A DNA stretch of 64,000 bases from an uncultured Gemmatimonadales bacterium (GCA_963739455.1 CAVUAK010000001.1:1280001-1344000), one strand, 5' to 3'; numbered from the stretch's first letter, positions 1 to 9,787 are shown. Notes: a model not told the origin generated them from the sequence alone. Numbers and translations: made by a program.

Positions 1-99
1 GATGATGGCCATCGTGCGCCTGCGAGCCACCTCGGCGGCGAGGCGGGCGTCGGGACTTCCGGCAGGGGCCGGTACGGTCACTTCAGCAGGGTGGTTCAT
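1..99 (-). CDS. prfC: Peptide chain release factor 3, N-terminal fragment (runs off window start)
   Basis: Not in ORF track. Minus strand from ATG at 99 reads MNHPAEVTVPAPAGSPDARLAAEVARRRTMAII, matching the RF3 N-terminal EVxRRRT(F)AII(SHPDAGKT) signature. Confidence 0.75.
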   Translation of the reverse strand, partial: MNHPAEVTVPAPAGSPDARLAAEVARRRTMAII

Positions 100-201
100 G
101 ACGGCGGGTAAGGTAATCAGGGCGGATTGGAGTTATGCTATCGGCGGGGCAATGCACCTGCCTCGAAACCGGAGGTTCACGATGGCGCAACCGTCGGACT
201 A

Positions 202-741
202 CTACTCGCCGAAGAGCGTGCTCAATTCGATTGTCAGCGGTGCAACCGCCGCATCCGGCTGCCAGGTGACGTTGTCGAGCAGTACCTCGGGTCGGCTGTC
301 GTCCGGGCGCCAGCGCTCGACCAGCCGAGCCTCGGGGTCGACGATCCAGTACTCGTGTACTCCGGCCTTCTGGTATCCCCGGCGCTTGAGGCCGCGATCG
401 TAGCGCACAGTTGACGGTGACGCGACCTCGATGGCAAGGATCGGGACCGGAGCGTCGCTCCAATCCTGGGCGAAGCGGCCATGTGGCAAGACGAACATGT
501 CTGGCTGGGCAACCTGCCCGCCTAGCAAGGGGAGGTCAGCCGGCGACAGCAGCACCTTCCCGAGCTTGACGTCGCGGCAATAGTTGCCGACGAGAAGCAA
601 CAGCCGGAAGAGGACATCCTGGTGGCGGTAGCGAGGTGCCGGGCTCACGATCAGCTCGCCATCGAACAATTCGTGGCGCATACCGTCGTCGGGCAGGGCG
701 AGCACCTCTTCGCGGGTCCAGCGGCGCAGTGCTTCGGGCAT
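202..741 (-). CDS. Uma2 family (DUF820) PD-(D/E)xK endonuclease
   Basis: RHELFDGELIVSPAP, QPDMFV, IEVASPST, KRRGYQKAGVHEYWIVDP motifs. Start set at MPEAL, 6 nt after a -10 hexamer. Confidence 0.9.
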   Translation of the reverse strand: MPEALRRWTREEVLALPDDGMRHELFDGELIVSPAPRYRHQDVLFRLLLLVGNYCRDVKLGKVLLSPADLPLLGGQVAQPDMFVLPHGRFAQDWSDAPVPILAIEVASPSTVRYDRGLKRRGYQKAGVHEYWIVDPEARLVERWRPDDSRPEVLLDNVTWQPDAAVAPLTIELSTLFGE

Positions 742-747
742 ACCCAT

Positions 748-777
748 ATCGTACGCTCGGCCGGGGGAGCGGGACAA
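748..777 (-). promoter_or_regulatory. Sigma70-type promoter for leaderless Uma2 transcript (TTGTCC-N18-TACGAT)
   Basis: Same architecture and spacing as upstream of the second Uma2 gene (37837-37866). Confidence 0.55.
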
Positions 778-857
778 GACCTCATACGACAAGGTGGGTA
801 CAGCGCGAGGATGCACTGTACCCACCGTTACGCCAGAAGTACCGCCGTCACGCCGCG

Positions 858-3203
858 CTATTGCACGAGCTCGAGCCTTACTTCCTCGATGCCGCGGTTG
901 AAGGGGAACGCGCCCTTGTGCTCGTACTCGGGTGACACCGGCGAGATGTCATCCCGCCCGACCTGGAACGGCTCCAGGCTCCACCGGAATGTGATGTGCG
1001 GGAGGGTTCCCTCACCTGCCGGCTTGCCATCGATGGTGAGCTTCACCAGGGCAGGCTTGCCGTTCCCGCCCTCGGGGATGATCTCCGCTCCAACCGTTGT
1101 GGCGCCGGCCGGAATCGGGATGGTGGACCGCACGTACGACATGCCGTAGCTGAGCCAGTTCACGGCATAGACCAGCTTGCCATTCACGGCGTAGAGAGCC
1201 CAGCCGCCGAAATCACCGCCGGTACCGACGATGAAGCCGTTGGCCGTCGGACCGGCATCGATGCTGGCGGTGACGGTATGATGCCGGGGCCACACGGCGG
1301 GACCGATCGGTTCCGGCATCCGGGCGCCGTTGCCGTAGGTCCATGAGGTGCGAGGCGTCCCGGCTACGCGATTCGCCGGATCGAGGCGCTCCGAGAAGCG
1401 ATCATCGAGCGGCAGCACATCGTACTTCTTCGCCTCGACCATGAACGCCGCCTGCAGTTCCTTCACCTTCTCCGGATTGCTCGCCGCGAGATCGTTCGCC
1501 TCGGAGAAATCCTCGGTGATGTTGTACAGCTCCCACTTGTCCTGATCGAAATTGGGCGGGCCAGACTTGGCCTGTTCCCAGGGCAGCCGTCCGTGTCGAG
1601 TGGTCGCCACCCAACCGTCCTTGTAGACACCGCGGTTCCCCAGCATCTCGAAGTACTGTACCGTGCGATGACTCGGTGCGCTGGCGGAGTCGAAGGTGTA
1701 GACCAGGCTCAGGCCCTGTATCGGCATCTGCGGAATGCCGTCGACCTCGGACGGCGCGGGAATGCCGGTGGCCTCGAGCACGGTGGGCACGATGTCGATG
1801 ACATGGGAGAACTGCGAACGCATCCCCCCGACGTCCTTGATGCGCGCGGGCCACGAAATGACCATGGGGTTCCGGGTGCCACCGAAGTGTGAGGCCACCT
1901 GCTTGGTCCACTGGAACGGCGAGTCCATGCCCCAGGCCCAGCCAACCGGGACATGCGGCTCGGTCTCGGGCCCGCCGATCTTGTCATACATCTTCTCGAC
2001 GGTGGCCAGGTCGCCGGGGAAGCCGAGCAGGCTCGCTGATTCGTTGGTCGTGCCCTCGAGGCCGCCCTCGGCGCTGGCGCCATTGTCGCCAACGATAAAG
2101 ATGATGAGGGTGTTGTCGAGCTGACCGGTGCGCTCGAGGTCTTTCACCAGCCGCGCAACCTGGTCATCGGTGAAGGCGAGGTAGCCGGCGTAGTTCTCCA
2201 TGAGCCGGGCATACACCCGGCGCGCCGCGGGAGACTGCGTGTCCCAGGCGGGAATCTCCTCCGGTCGAGGCGTGAGCTTCGTGCCGGCGGGGATGATCCC
2301 CATCTTGAGCTGCCGTTCCCACGTCTGCGCGCGCACGCTGTCCCACCCCTGGTCGAACTGGCCGGCAAACTTCTTCCGCCATTCCGGCGCCACCTGGTGC
2401 GGCGCATGGACGCCAGCCGTGGAGTAGTAGACGAACCACGGCTTGGCCGGATCAGCAGCATGCACGTTGTTGATCCAGTTGATCGTCTCGGTCGTCATGT
2501 CGACGCCGAAGTGGTAGCCATGCTCCGGCGTGTCAGGCGGGTTGACCGGCGTCGTATTGCGATAGAGCACCGGGTAGTACTGGCTCGCCTCGCCCTGGTT
2601 GAAGCCGTAGAAGTAGTCGAAGCCGAGCCCGGTGGGCCAGTGATCGAAGGGACCGGACGGGCTGATCTCGTTCTCGGGGGTGTTGTGCCACTTGCCGAAT
2701 GCGCCGCTCACGTAGCCGTGGCCGCTGAGCATCTTCGGCAAGAGGGCGGCCGACTGGGGGATGATCCCGGTGTAACCGGGGAATCCGGTGCCCATCTCGG
2801 TGATGACGCCGTTGCCGACGGAGTGATGATTGCGCCCGGCGAGCAGGGCTGCGCGCGTGGGCGAGCAGAGCGCCGTGGTGTGAAAGGTGTTGTAGCGCAG
2901 CCCATTCTTCGCCAGGCCGTCGAGAGTCGGGGTCGGGACGGGTCCGCCGAAGGTGCCGGCCATGCCAAACCCGACGTCGTCGAGCAGGATGAGCAGGACG
3001 TTTGGCGCGCCGGCCGGTGGCTTCACCGGCTGCGGGTAGCTCGCCTTCGAGTCCTGGTAGGTCTCGCCGATGGTGCCGGTGAATGCGGGGTCGGGCCTGG
3101 GAATGCCGGTTGCGGAGGTGGCGGCATCACTGGCGGGACGCTCGGGGGCGGGAGTGCACGCGGACAGAGCCAGCAATACCAACAACCCTGAGCGGATCTT
3201 CAT
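858..3203 (-). CDS. Arylsulfatase (Cys-type, FGly-dependent), lipoprotein
   Basis: LLDDVGFG, ALCSPTRAALL (CxPxR), GKWH and GDNG motifs; lipobox LALSAC; start at MKIRS. Confidence 0.92.
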   Translation of the reverse strand: MKIRSGLLVLLALSACTPAPERPASDAATSATGIPRPDPAFTGTIGETYQDSKASYPQPVKPPAGAPNVLLILLDDVGFGMAGTFGGPVPTPTLDGLAKNGLRYNTFHTTALCSPTRAALLAGRNHHSVGNGVITEMGTGFPGYTGIIPQSAALLPKMLSGHGYVSGAFGKWHNTPENEISPSGPFDHWPTGLGFDYFYGFNQGEASQYYPVLYRNTTPVNPPDTPEHGYHFGVDMTTETINWINNVHAADPAKPWFVYYSTAGVHAPHQVAPEWRKKFAGQFDQGWDSVRAQTWERQLKMGIIPAGTKLTPRPEEIPAWDTQSPAARRVYARLMENYAGYLAFTDDQVARLVKDLERTGQLDNTLIIFIVGDNGASAEGGLEGTTNESASLLGFPGDLATVEKMYDKIGGPETEPHVPVGWAWGMDSPFQWTKQVASHFGGTRNPMVISWPARIKDVGGMRSQFSHVIDIVPTVLEATGIPAPSEVDGIPQMPIQGLSLVYTFDSASAPSHRTVQYFEMLGNRGVYKDGWVATTRHGRLPWEQAKSGPPNFDQDKWELYNITEDFSEANDLAASNPEKVKELQAAFMVEAKKYDVLPLDDRFSERLDPANRVAGTPRTSWTYGNGARMPEPIGPAVWPRHHTVTASIDAGPTANGFIVGTGGDFGGWALYAVNGKLVYAVNWLSYGMSYVRSTIPIPAGATTVGAEIIPEGGNGKPALVKLTIDGKPAGEGTLPHITFRWSLEPFQVGRDDISPVSPEYEHKGAFPFNRGIEEVRLELVQ

Positions 3204-3241
3204 TTTGGACCTTTCGGGTGGCCTTACAGGGACCCCCACGT

Positions 3242-3946
3242 CTACAGCTTGCGAACCCGGATGTCTCTAAAGCTGACCGCATTGCCATGATCCTGCAGTG
3301 CAATGTGCCCCTTCTTGCTCATGCCATAGCCCGGCCACTGCTTGAACTTGGATGACAGGACCCGTGCCCTCCACTCCGGGCTCCAGAGCTCGTACTCCAC
3401 CACCTTCACGCCGTTCAACCAGTGCTCCACGTGCGCGCCATTCGCGATGATGCGGATGTCATTCCACTCGCCTGCCGGCTTCACGATGCCTGCCGGTGCG
3501 GGATAGAGACCAAAATCGCTGCCCGCCGCAGTGAGGCGCGACTTGCCGTCGGGATGGCCGGCATCGTCGAGCACCTGCATCTCGGGTCCACTCTCGTAAG
3601 GCGCGTCATACGCCTCCGACACGCGATACATGATGCCGCTGTTGCCATCCTTCGCGATGCGCCACTGCAGGCGCAGCTCGAAGTTCCCGTATTCCTCGCG
3701 GGTGACGATGTCGCCGCCGCTCGGCTCCCCGTTCCCGCCGGAGAGGCCGAGTGTGCCGTCCACGACAGTCCACTCGGTCGGCAGCGTCTTCTGGCGATAG
3801 CCCCGCCAGTCACTGGCCGTCTGGCCGTCGAAGAGGAGCTTGAACCCGGCAGCCTTCTCCTCTGCGGAGAGGGTGTTGGGTGCCTGCGCCGCTGCCGCCG
3901 AGCTGACGAGGACCGTGAACGCGAGTGCGAGGTGGTGGGGCTTCAT
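3242..3946 (-). CDS. DUF1080 / 3-keto-disaccharide hydrolase family secreted protein
   Basis: Signal peptide; LLFDG, GNSGI, EMQVLD, GEWN and GHIALQDHG..V.FRDI motifs. Confidence 0.88.
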   Translation of the reverse strand: MKPHHLALAFTVLVSSAAAAQAPNTLSAEEKAAGFKLLFDGQTASDWRGYRQKTLPTEWTVVDGTLGLSGGNGEPSGGDIVTREEYGNFELRLQWRIAKDGNSGIMYRVSEAYDAPYESGPEMQVLDDAGHPDGKSRLTAAGSDFGLYPAPAGIVKPAGEWNDIRIIANGAHVEHWLNGVKVVEYELWSPEWRARVLSSKFKQWPGYGMSKKGHIALQDHGNAVSFRDIRVRKL

Positions 3947-4049
3947 CTCTAGGTGTCCTGTTGGACGGAATGGATGGCGAAAGGTAACATCAGGACAGCG
4001 CGGGGAATGCCGCGCGGTGGGTGACGCAGCACGATGAGAGGAACCACCA

Positions 4050-5156
4050 ATGGGCGACCTCGAGCGGATCCAGACGATCATCATCGGCGCCGGGCAGGCA
4101 GGGCTCTCCACCGGGTATCACCTCGCACAGCAGGGCCTGCCATTCCTGATCCTCGATGCCAACCCGCGCGTGGGCGACGCCTGGCGGAAGCGCTGGGATT
4201 CGCTCAAGCTCTTCACCCCGGCCCGATACGACGGGCTCGATGGCATGCCCCAGCCTGGTGACCAGGACACGTTCATCACCAAGGATGACATGGGAGCATA
4301 CCTCGAGTCGTATGTGGCTCGATTCAACCTTCCGGTGGTCTGTGGTGCTCGAGTCGAGAACCTCCGGCGTGAAGGCGACCGCTTCCGAATTTCGGCGGGA
4401 GGCCGGGAGTACGAGGCCGACCAGGTGGTGGTGGCGATGGCGACCTACCAGGAGCCAAGAGTGCCCGTCTTCGCCCGTGAGTTGCGAAGCGACATCTTCC
4501 AGATGCACTCGAGCGCCTACCGGAACTCATCGCAACTCAAGGATGGGCCGGTGCTGATCGTCGGCGCCGGCAATTCGGGGGCGGAGATCGCGCTTGAAAC
4601 GGTCAAGACGCGGTCCACACTGCTTTCGGGCCGGAACACCGGCCACATCCCGTGGCGGCTTGACGGAATGGCGCAGAAGATCGGGCTGGTACATGTCATT
4701 TTCCGCGTGCTGTTCCACCGGATCCTCACCCGGGACACCTTCGTGGGGAGGAAGGCCCAACCCAGGATTACGTCGAAGGGGACGCCCCTGATCCGCATCA
4801 GGCCGAACGAGCTGGAGCGGGCTGGTGTGAGGCGCGTCGCCCGGGTGGCAGGAATCGAGAATGGCCGGCCGAAGCTCGAGGATGGCACGGTCGTCGACGT
4901 GGCTAACGTGATCTGGTGCACCGGGTATCACCCCGGTTTCTCCTGGATCCATCTTCAAGGCGTCCATGGGGATGAGCCGGTGCAGCAGCGCGGCGTCGCG
5001 CAGGATGCACCGGGCCTCTACTTCGTCGGGCTGGAATTCCTCTATGCGATGTCGTCCACAATGATCCACGGGGTGGGACGGGACGCCGAGTATGTGGCGA
5101 ATGCGATTGCGGAGCGAGTCCGGAAACAGTCCGGTCCGCGCCTGCAGGTGGCATAG
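4050..5156 (+). CDS. Flavin-dependent monooxygenase / NAD(P)-FAD oxidoreductase (ArsO/CzcO-like)
   Basis: GAGQAG FAD motif, WDSLKLFTP, HSSAY, GAGNSG, WCTGY. Confidence 0.88.
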   Translation: MGDLERIQTIIIGAGQAGLSTGYHLAQQGLPFLILDANPRVGDAWRKRWDSLKLFTPARYDGLDGMPQPGDQDTFITKDDMGAYLESYVARFNLPVVCGARVENLRREGDRFRISAGGREYEADQVVVAMATYQEPRVPVFARELRSDIFQMHSSAYRNSSQLKDGPVLIVGAGNSGAEIALETVKTRSTLLSGRNTGHIPWRLDGMAQKIGLVHVIFRVLFHRILTRDTFVGRKAQPRITSKGTPLIRIRPNELERAGVRRVARVAGIENGRPKLEDGTVVDVANVIWCTGYHPGFSWIHLQGVHGDEPVQQRGVAQDAPGLYFVGLEFLYAMSSTMIHGVGRDAEYVANAIAERVRKQSGPRLQVA

Positions 5157-5162
5157 GACGCC

Positions 5163-5792
5163 CTAGAACGAGGCGCCCACGGACAGCACGATGGTGGGTG
5201 TCTCGTCGGGGTTGAAGAGATACACGCCGGTGTCGAACCACTTGTAGGTGGCGCTGGCAAAGAAGCCGCGCTCGATGTCGCGTCCCGTGTCGAACAGCCG
5301 GGTGCGCTGCACCACGCCTCCGAGCTGGAGCCAGTGCACCGGAAAGATCCCGAGCTGTGACCAGTTGTAGAAGAAATTCTCGGGTTCGTCGCCCAGGTCG
5401 ATGACGTACTCGCTCTGGCTCGAGAGCTCGAGCTTCCACCATGTCATGGTCAGTTCACCGCCAGGCGCCACTCCGTTGAGTTCCCCGAACACGACGCCGA
5501 ACATCGGTGTAAAGTCGAGCGTCACCTTGCTTCCCACGCCCAGGTTGTAGCCGACCCAGAGGGAAGCGGTGTGCACGTGCTCGTAGTTGTAGCGAGCCTC
5601 GAGGTGCAGCCAGTGACGGTCGGCGGTGACGGTGGGTTGGAGGAAGTCGGGGCTGTCGGGCACGAGATACCCGTACACAGATGCGGTGAACGCCCACGCA
5701 TGGGTGCCAGTCGAGTCCTGGGCCCGGGCAACCGGCGGCAGGAGCCAGGCGGCAAGCAGCGTCATGACCAGCGGTCGCAGGGGGTCCCGCAT
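5163..5792 (-). CDS. Hypothetical exported protein, probable small outer-membrane beta-barrel
   Basis: Signal peptide ending ARA-Q, alternating aromatic beta-strands, C-terminal Phe (SVGASF). Confidence 0.6.
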   Translation of the reverse strand: MRDPLRPLVMTLLAAWLLPPVARAQDSTGTHAWAFTASVYGYLVPDSPDFLQPTVTADRHWLHLEARYNYEHVHTASLWVGYNLGVGSKVTLDFTPMFGVVFGELNGVAPGGELTMTWWKLELSSQSEYVIDLGDEPENFFYNWSQLGIFPVHWLQLGGVVQRTRLFDTGRDIERGFFASATYKWFDTGVYLFNPDETPTIVLSVGASF

Positions 5793-5852
5793 TTCCCGGA
5801 TGTCCTCGTGGTTGCTTGGCGCCTTATCTTACCCCGGAAAGGAGATCCATTC

Positions 5853-6299
5853 ATGCTCAATGCTGCGTTGTTGCTGCTGGGCGTCCTGTCCACGGATGCC
5901 GACTCGGTACTCAAGCGGGGCAAGACCGTTCCCGCCACTCCCACTGCGACGATCGACGCCATCCTGTCCGACCCAGGCAAGTTTCCCGGCACCGAAGTGG
6001 TGGTGATCGACGGGATGGTGATCAAGTCATGCACCGCGATGGGCTGCTGGATGCAGTTGGCTGACTCGGCGGGCGGGAAGGGCGTGCATGTGGACTTCCA
6101 CGATGCGGGGTTCGTCATTCCGCTGGGTGCGTCGGGCATGAAGGCTCGGGCCATGGGGACGGTATCGGTGACGGTGCTCAAGCCCGAAGAGGTTGCCGAA
6201 GCAGAAGGCACGGGGTCGGCGGTGGCGAAGAACGCAAAGGGGGAGCCGATCGAGGTGGGGCTCACCGCGTCTGGAGTGGAGTTGTATTACACGGACTGA
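5853..6299 (+). CDS. DUF4920-like exported OB-fold protein
   Basis: AGGAG RBS, signal peptide, CTAMGCWM motif, ends LTASGVEL. Confidence 0.7.
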   Translation: MLNAALLLLGVLSTDADSVLKRGKTVPATPTATIDAILSDPGKFPGTEVVVIDGMVIKSCTAMGCWMQLADSAGGKGVHVDFHDAGFVIPLGASGMKARAMGTVSVTVLKPEEVAEAEGTGSAVAKNAKGEPIEVGLTASGVELYYTD

Positions 6300-6305
6300 A
6301 CTGCG

Positions 6306-6350
6306 GGAACAGGGAACAGGCGGGAAGAGGGAAGAGGTGAAGAGGGAAGG
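6306..6350 (+). repeat. Purine-rich ~7-mer tandem repeat (GGGAACA/GGGAAGA)
   Basis: gggaacagggaacaggcgggaagagggaagaggtgaagagggaagg in an intergenic region. Confidence 0.6.
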
Positions 6351-6358
6351 CGTCGCGC

Positions 6359-6402
6359 TTGACAGTCACACTATAGTCACATATATTAGTCACACTATAG
6401 TG
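6359..6402 (+). promoter_or_regulatory. TA operon promoter TTGACA-N17-TATATT overlapped by repeated operator
   Basis: TTGACA 6359-6364 and TATATT 6382-6387; AGTCACACTATAGT at 6364 and 6388; palindrome CACTATAGTG 6393-6402. Confidence 0.8.
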
Positions 6403-6440
6403 CCATGTCATTATAAATCAGCAACTTAGGAAAGCTCAAG

Positions 6441-6674
6441 ATGAGCGTTCTCGTGAGCAGCGTTCGATCGCAGGGTGCCTCGGTGGTCACCACGCTGCCC
6501 GCCGAGGTGGCTCGGCGCCTGGGACTGACGGCGGGTCAGGAACTCGAGTGGATCGAAGACGGCCTGGGTGGGTTCCGCGTGGTGCCTCATTCGGCCGAGA
6601 CGGCTGAGGCGCTCGAGGCGCATGCGAAGATCATGACTGAGTACGACAGCGTGTTCCGTGCGCTGGCGAAGTGA
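6441..6674 (+). CDS. AbrB/MazE/SpoVT family antitoxin
   Basis: 77 aa, VRSQGASVVTTLPAEVARRLGLTAGQEL swapped-hairpin motif; C-terminus EYDSVFRALAK typical of Doc-associated antitoxins; GTGA overlap with toxin. Confidence 0.85.
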   Translation: MSVLVSSVRSQGASVVTTLPAEVARRLGLTAGQELEWIEDGLGGFRVVPHSAETAEALEAHAKIMTEYDSVFRALAK

Positions 6675-7096
6675 GCGCGCGAAAGCTTCCGCAGGAACCT
6701 CGCTGGATTTCGGAGTCGACACTGCTGGCGATGCACGCGCAGCAGGTCGAGCGGTTTGGTGGAGCTCACGGAGTCATTGACGCCAACATCGTGCTCTCCG
6801 CCCTCGCGCGCCCGATTCATCGCTGGCACTACGACGAGAGCGCCGACCTGGCCGATCTCGCTGCGGCATACCTGGTCGGGTTTGGGCGGTCACAGGGATT
6901 TCGTGACGGCAACAAGCGGACTGGGCTGTCCTGCGCACTTGTCTTTCTCTCGCTTAACGCCGCTGCGCTGCACGTCCCAGCGGGAGAGATCTACATCTTG
7001 TGCATGAAGGTGGCGAACAACGAGGCTGATGATGCTCAGGTGACGAGCTACATCAGGTCGCGGCTGAGCCGTACGTCCTTATCTTCCGGCGCATGA
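6671..7096 (+). CDS. doc: Death-on-curing (Doc/Fic) family toxin with variant active-site motif
   Basis: MHAQQVERFGG, LSALARP, LAAAYL and QGFRDGNKRT (canonical HxFxD[G/A]NKR). Confidence 0.85.
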   Translation: MSARKLPQEPRWISESTLLAMHAQQVERFGGAHGVIDANIVLSALARPIHRWHYDESADLADLAAAYLVGFGRSQGFRDGNKRTGLSCALVFLSLNAAALHVPAGEIYILCMKVANNEADDAQVTSYIRSRLSRTSLSSGA

Positions 7097-8582
7097 CCAC
7101 TCGCCGCCGGCTCATGCTGCTGGGTGCCGCCCTCCTGGGCGGCACCCTTTTCTACTTCGGCTCCTTCGCGTTCGACTACGGTGCGCCGTTCCGGAAGCGC
7201 GATCCGCTCGTAGCGACGGACAATGCGCGGCTCGATCCAGCTCGCGTGGTGGCGGTGAACCGGCTGGAGACTGTCGAGGCGCTGCAGGCGGCGCTCGCAG
7301 ATGCGCGAGCCAAGGGGCTCAAGGTGTCGATGGCGGGAAGCCATCACAGCCAGGGTGGCCAGACGTACACCGCGGGCGGGGTGCAGTTCGACATGCGCGG
7401 GTTCAAGAAGGTGCTGGCGATCGACACCGTGGCGCAGACGATCACGGTGGAGAGCGGGGCCACCTGGGACGAGGTGCAGCGGGCGCTGGCGCCGGTGGGT
7501 CTCGCGATCAAGGTGATGCAGTCGTCGAACATCTTCACCGTCGGCGGCACGATGAGCGCCAACGCCCACGGCCGCGACCTCGACGTGATGCAGATGGTGT
7601 CGGTGGTGCAGCGCTTCCACCTGCTGCTGGCAGACGGCAGCGTGGTGGAGGTGAGCCGGACGGAGAACCCGGAGCTGTTCTCGCTGGTGATCGGCGGGTA
7701 CGGGATGTACGGCGTCATCCTGGACGTGACACTCAAGGTGACGAGGGACGAGCTGTACGAGCAGCGCGCGGTGTCGATGGACTACAAGGACTTCCCGGCG
7801 TACTTCACCGACAGCGTGAAGAGCGACACCGGCGTGGTGTTCATGCTGGTGCGGCCGTCGATCGATCCCGACCCGGACAAGTTCCTGCGGGAGATGGTGG
7901 TGGTGACGTGGCGCCGGGCGCCGGCGGGAACGCCGGGTAGCTTTGCGCTCACCGAGGAAGCCAACGTCGTCCGCGACCGGTTCTTCCTGGGCATCTCGCG
8001 GAAGTTCGACTGGGCCAAGAAGCTGCGCTGGTACCTGCAGAAGAAGGTGGAGCTGGGGGCGGGTGAGCAGCGGATCGTGTCGCGGAACAACGCGATGCGG
8101 CCGCCGCTGGCACCGCTCGAGCTGCTCCGCTACCAGTCGGGCAAGGACACCGACATCCTGAACGAGTACTATGTGCCGATGCAGCACTTCGTGGCGTTCA
8201 TGGACAAGTTCCGGCAGATCCTGCTGGACAACGACATGAACGTGATGAGCTCGACGGTGCGGTACGTGAGCCCGAACGACACGCCGGTGCTGGCATACGC
8301 CCCCACGGAGCCGGTGTTCGCCATCATCCAGATGAGCAACGTGGGGCTCGACTCGGCGAGCCAGGCGAAGACGGCCGACGTGACGCGGCAACTGGTGGAT
8401 GCGGCGATCGAGTATGGCGGGACGTACTACCTGACGTACCAGCTCTATCCGACACCGGCGCAGCTGCTCAAGGCGTATCCGCGCGTCGCGTGAGGCGTTT
8501 GCGCGGAAGCGGTTCTACGATCCGCGGCGAGGTCTTCAGCAGCAAGTTTTATGAGAGGTACGGGCATGCCGAAGCACAATGA
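7093..8582 (+). CDS. FAD-linked oxidase (VAO/PCMH, lactone-oxidase-like), membrane anchored; indels near C-terminus
   Basis: GSHHSQGG, TVGGTMSANAHG, GGYGMYG, GGTYYLTY. ORF stops at 8493 but EAFARKRFYDP and GEVFSSKFYERY continue in shifted frames to TGA 8582. Confidence 0.8.
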
Positions 8583-9519
8583 CTGGGGAAGGGCGGGGAT
8601 GGCGGGGAGGGCGGGGAGGGCGGGGAGGCTACGGGCTTGTCCTGCTCCTCGTGCTTGCTGGTGCCGGTGCCTTCTGGCTGTTCGGCTATGAGCCGGCGTA
8701 CTGCGGGCACGCTGGTCGCGAAGCCGGCGCAGACGCTGGTGTTCGCGCATCGCGGGTTCGGGGACCTGGCGCCCGACAACAGCCTGTACGCGGTCGAGAA
8801 GGCGATGGCGGCGGGGATGGACGGCGTGGACGTGGACGGCCAGTTCACCCGCGACAGCCAGCTGGTGATTTTTCATGACCTGAGCGTGGACCGGCTCACG
8901 TCGGACACGGGACGAGTCACGGGGAAGACGCTGAGCGAGATGCTGGCGCTCGACCTTGGGCCCAAGTTCGACACCGCATTGACGGGTGCCAACGTCCACA
9001 CCTTCGAGGATTTCGTCGTAGCCACGCAAGGGCAAGGGCATCCTGATGGTCGAGCTCAAGGTGCCGAGTGCGAAGCGGAGCGGTATCGAGGAGCGGGCGG
9101 TCGAGATCATCCGGAAGCACGGCGCGGAGAAGGATGTGGTGCTGAGCTCGTTCAATCCGCTGGTGCTGTGGCGGCTCAAGAAGATCGACCCGAATATCCG
9201 CACCGCGCTGATCTTCATGGACACCAACTGGAACCCGGAGCTGGTGGCGGAGATCAAGAAGGGTGATGAAGTGGACCTGCCCTGGGCGCTGCGGCAGGAG
9301 TGGATCCGGCGGGGCATCCGGAAGCTGGTGAAGCCGGACCTGCTGAGCGTGAACGTGGCGGTGGACACGGCGGTGACGCGGCGGCTGATCGCGAAGGGGT
9401 GGCCGGTGTTCCTCTGGACGCCGGATGAATCGGCGGACATCCAGGCGGCGCTGGACAAGCATCCGTACGGGGTGATCTCGAACGAGCCGGTGCGGGCGAA
9501 GGAGTTGCGGGGGCAGTAG
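8566..9519 (+). CDS. Glycerophosphodiester phosphodiesterase family protein (frameshifted)
   Basis: N-terminal TM segment, FAHRG, PDNS, IFHD, VELK, SSFN, WTPD and GVISNEP spread over shifted frames (8579, 8637, 9046 ORFs). Start uncertain. Confidence 0.8.
8592..8627 (+). repeat. 4 x GGCGGGGA(T/G) 9-mer tandem repeat, G-quadruplex-capable
   Basis: Read directly from sequence; near-identical array at 61244-61279. Confidence 0.85.
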
Positions 9520-9723
9520 CTATCGCTGGGGTTCGGAAAACCGAAGGCAGTCCCTCAGCTCCTCATCGGTCGCGTCGTCGAAGCTGCCGCGGAGCTTTCC
9601 CTTCCTGAGGCCGTGCATGGGGGAGCTGAAGGTGACGGTGGTCCAGCCGGACCGGGCCGCGGTTCGCCCGCTGAGGACCCAGGCCTCCCAAGTGTGGTCG
9701 GAGTCGTCAGTTACGTGTCGCAT
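9520..9723 (-). CDS. Small hypothetical protein (67 aa)
   Basis: MRHVTDDSDHTWEAW...TDEELRDCL fills the gap between GDPD and the tRNA promoter; AGGG RBS-like element upstream. Confidence 0.55.
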   Translation of the reverse strand: MRHVTDDSDHTWEAWVLSGRTAARSGWTTVTFSSPMHGLRKGKLRGSFDDATDEELRDCLRFSEPQR

Positions 9724-9734
9724 GGCACCCTGTC

Positions 9735-9763
9735 TTGCCGGGGGTAGAGGCGGTAGGTAGCTT
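9735..9763 (+). promoter_or_regulatory. Putative tRNA promoter TTGCCG-N17-TAGCTT
   Basis: Canonical spacing, 24 nt upstream of the tRNA. Confidence 0.55.
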
Positions 9764-9787
9764 ACCCCGCCCAGAGCTGGAAATATC

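Noticed and set aside
6406..6427. TGTCAT-N10-CAACTT before the antitoxin
   Set aside because: Two mismatches to the YGTCRCA core, and a strong canonical promoter already explains the locus.
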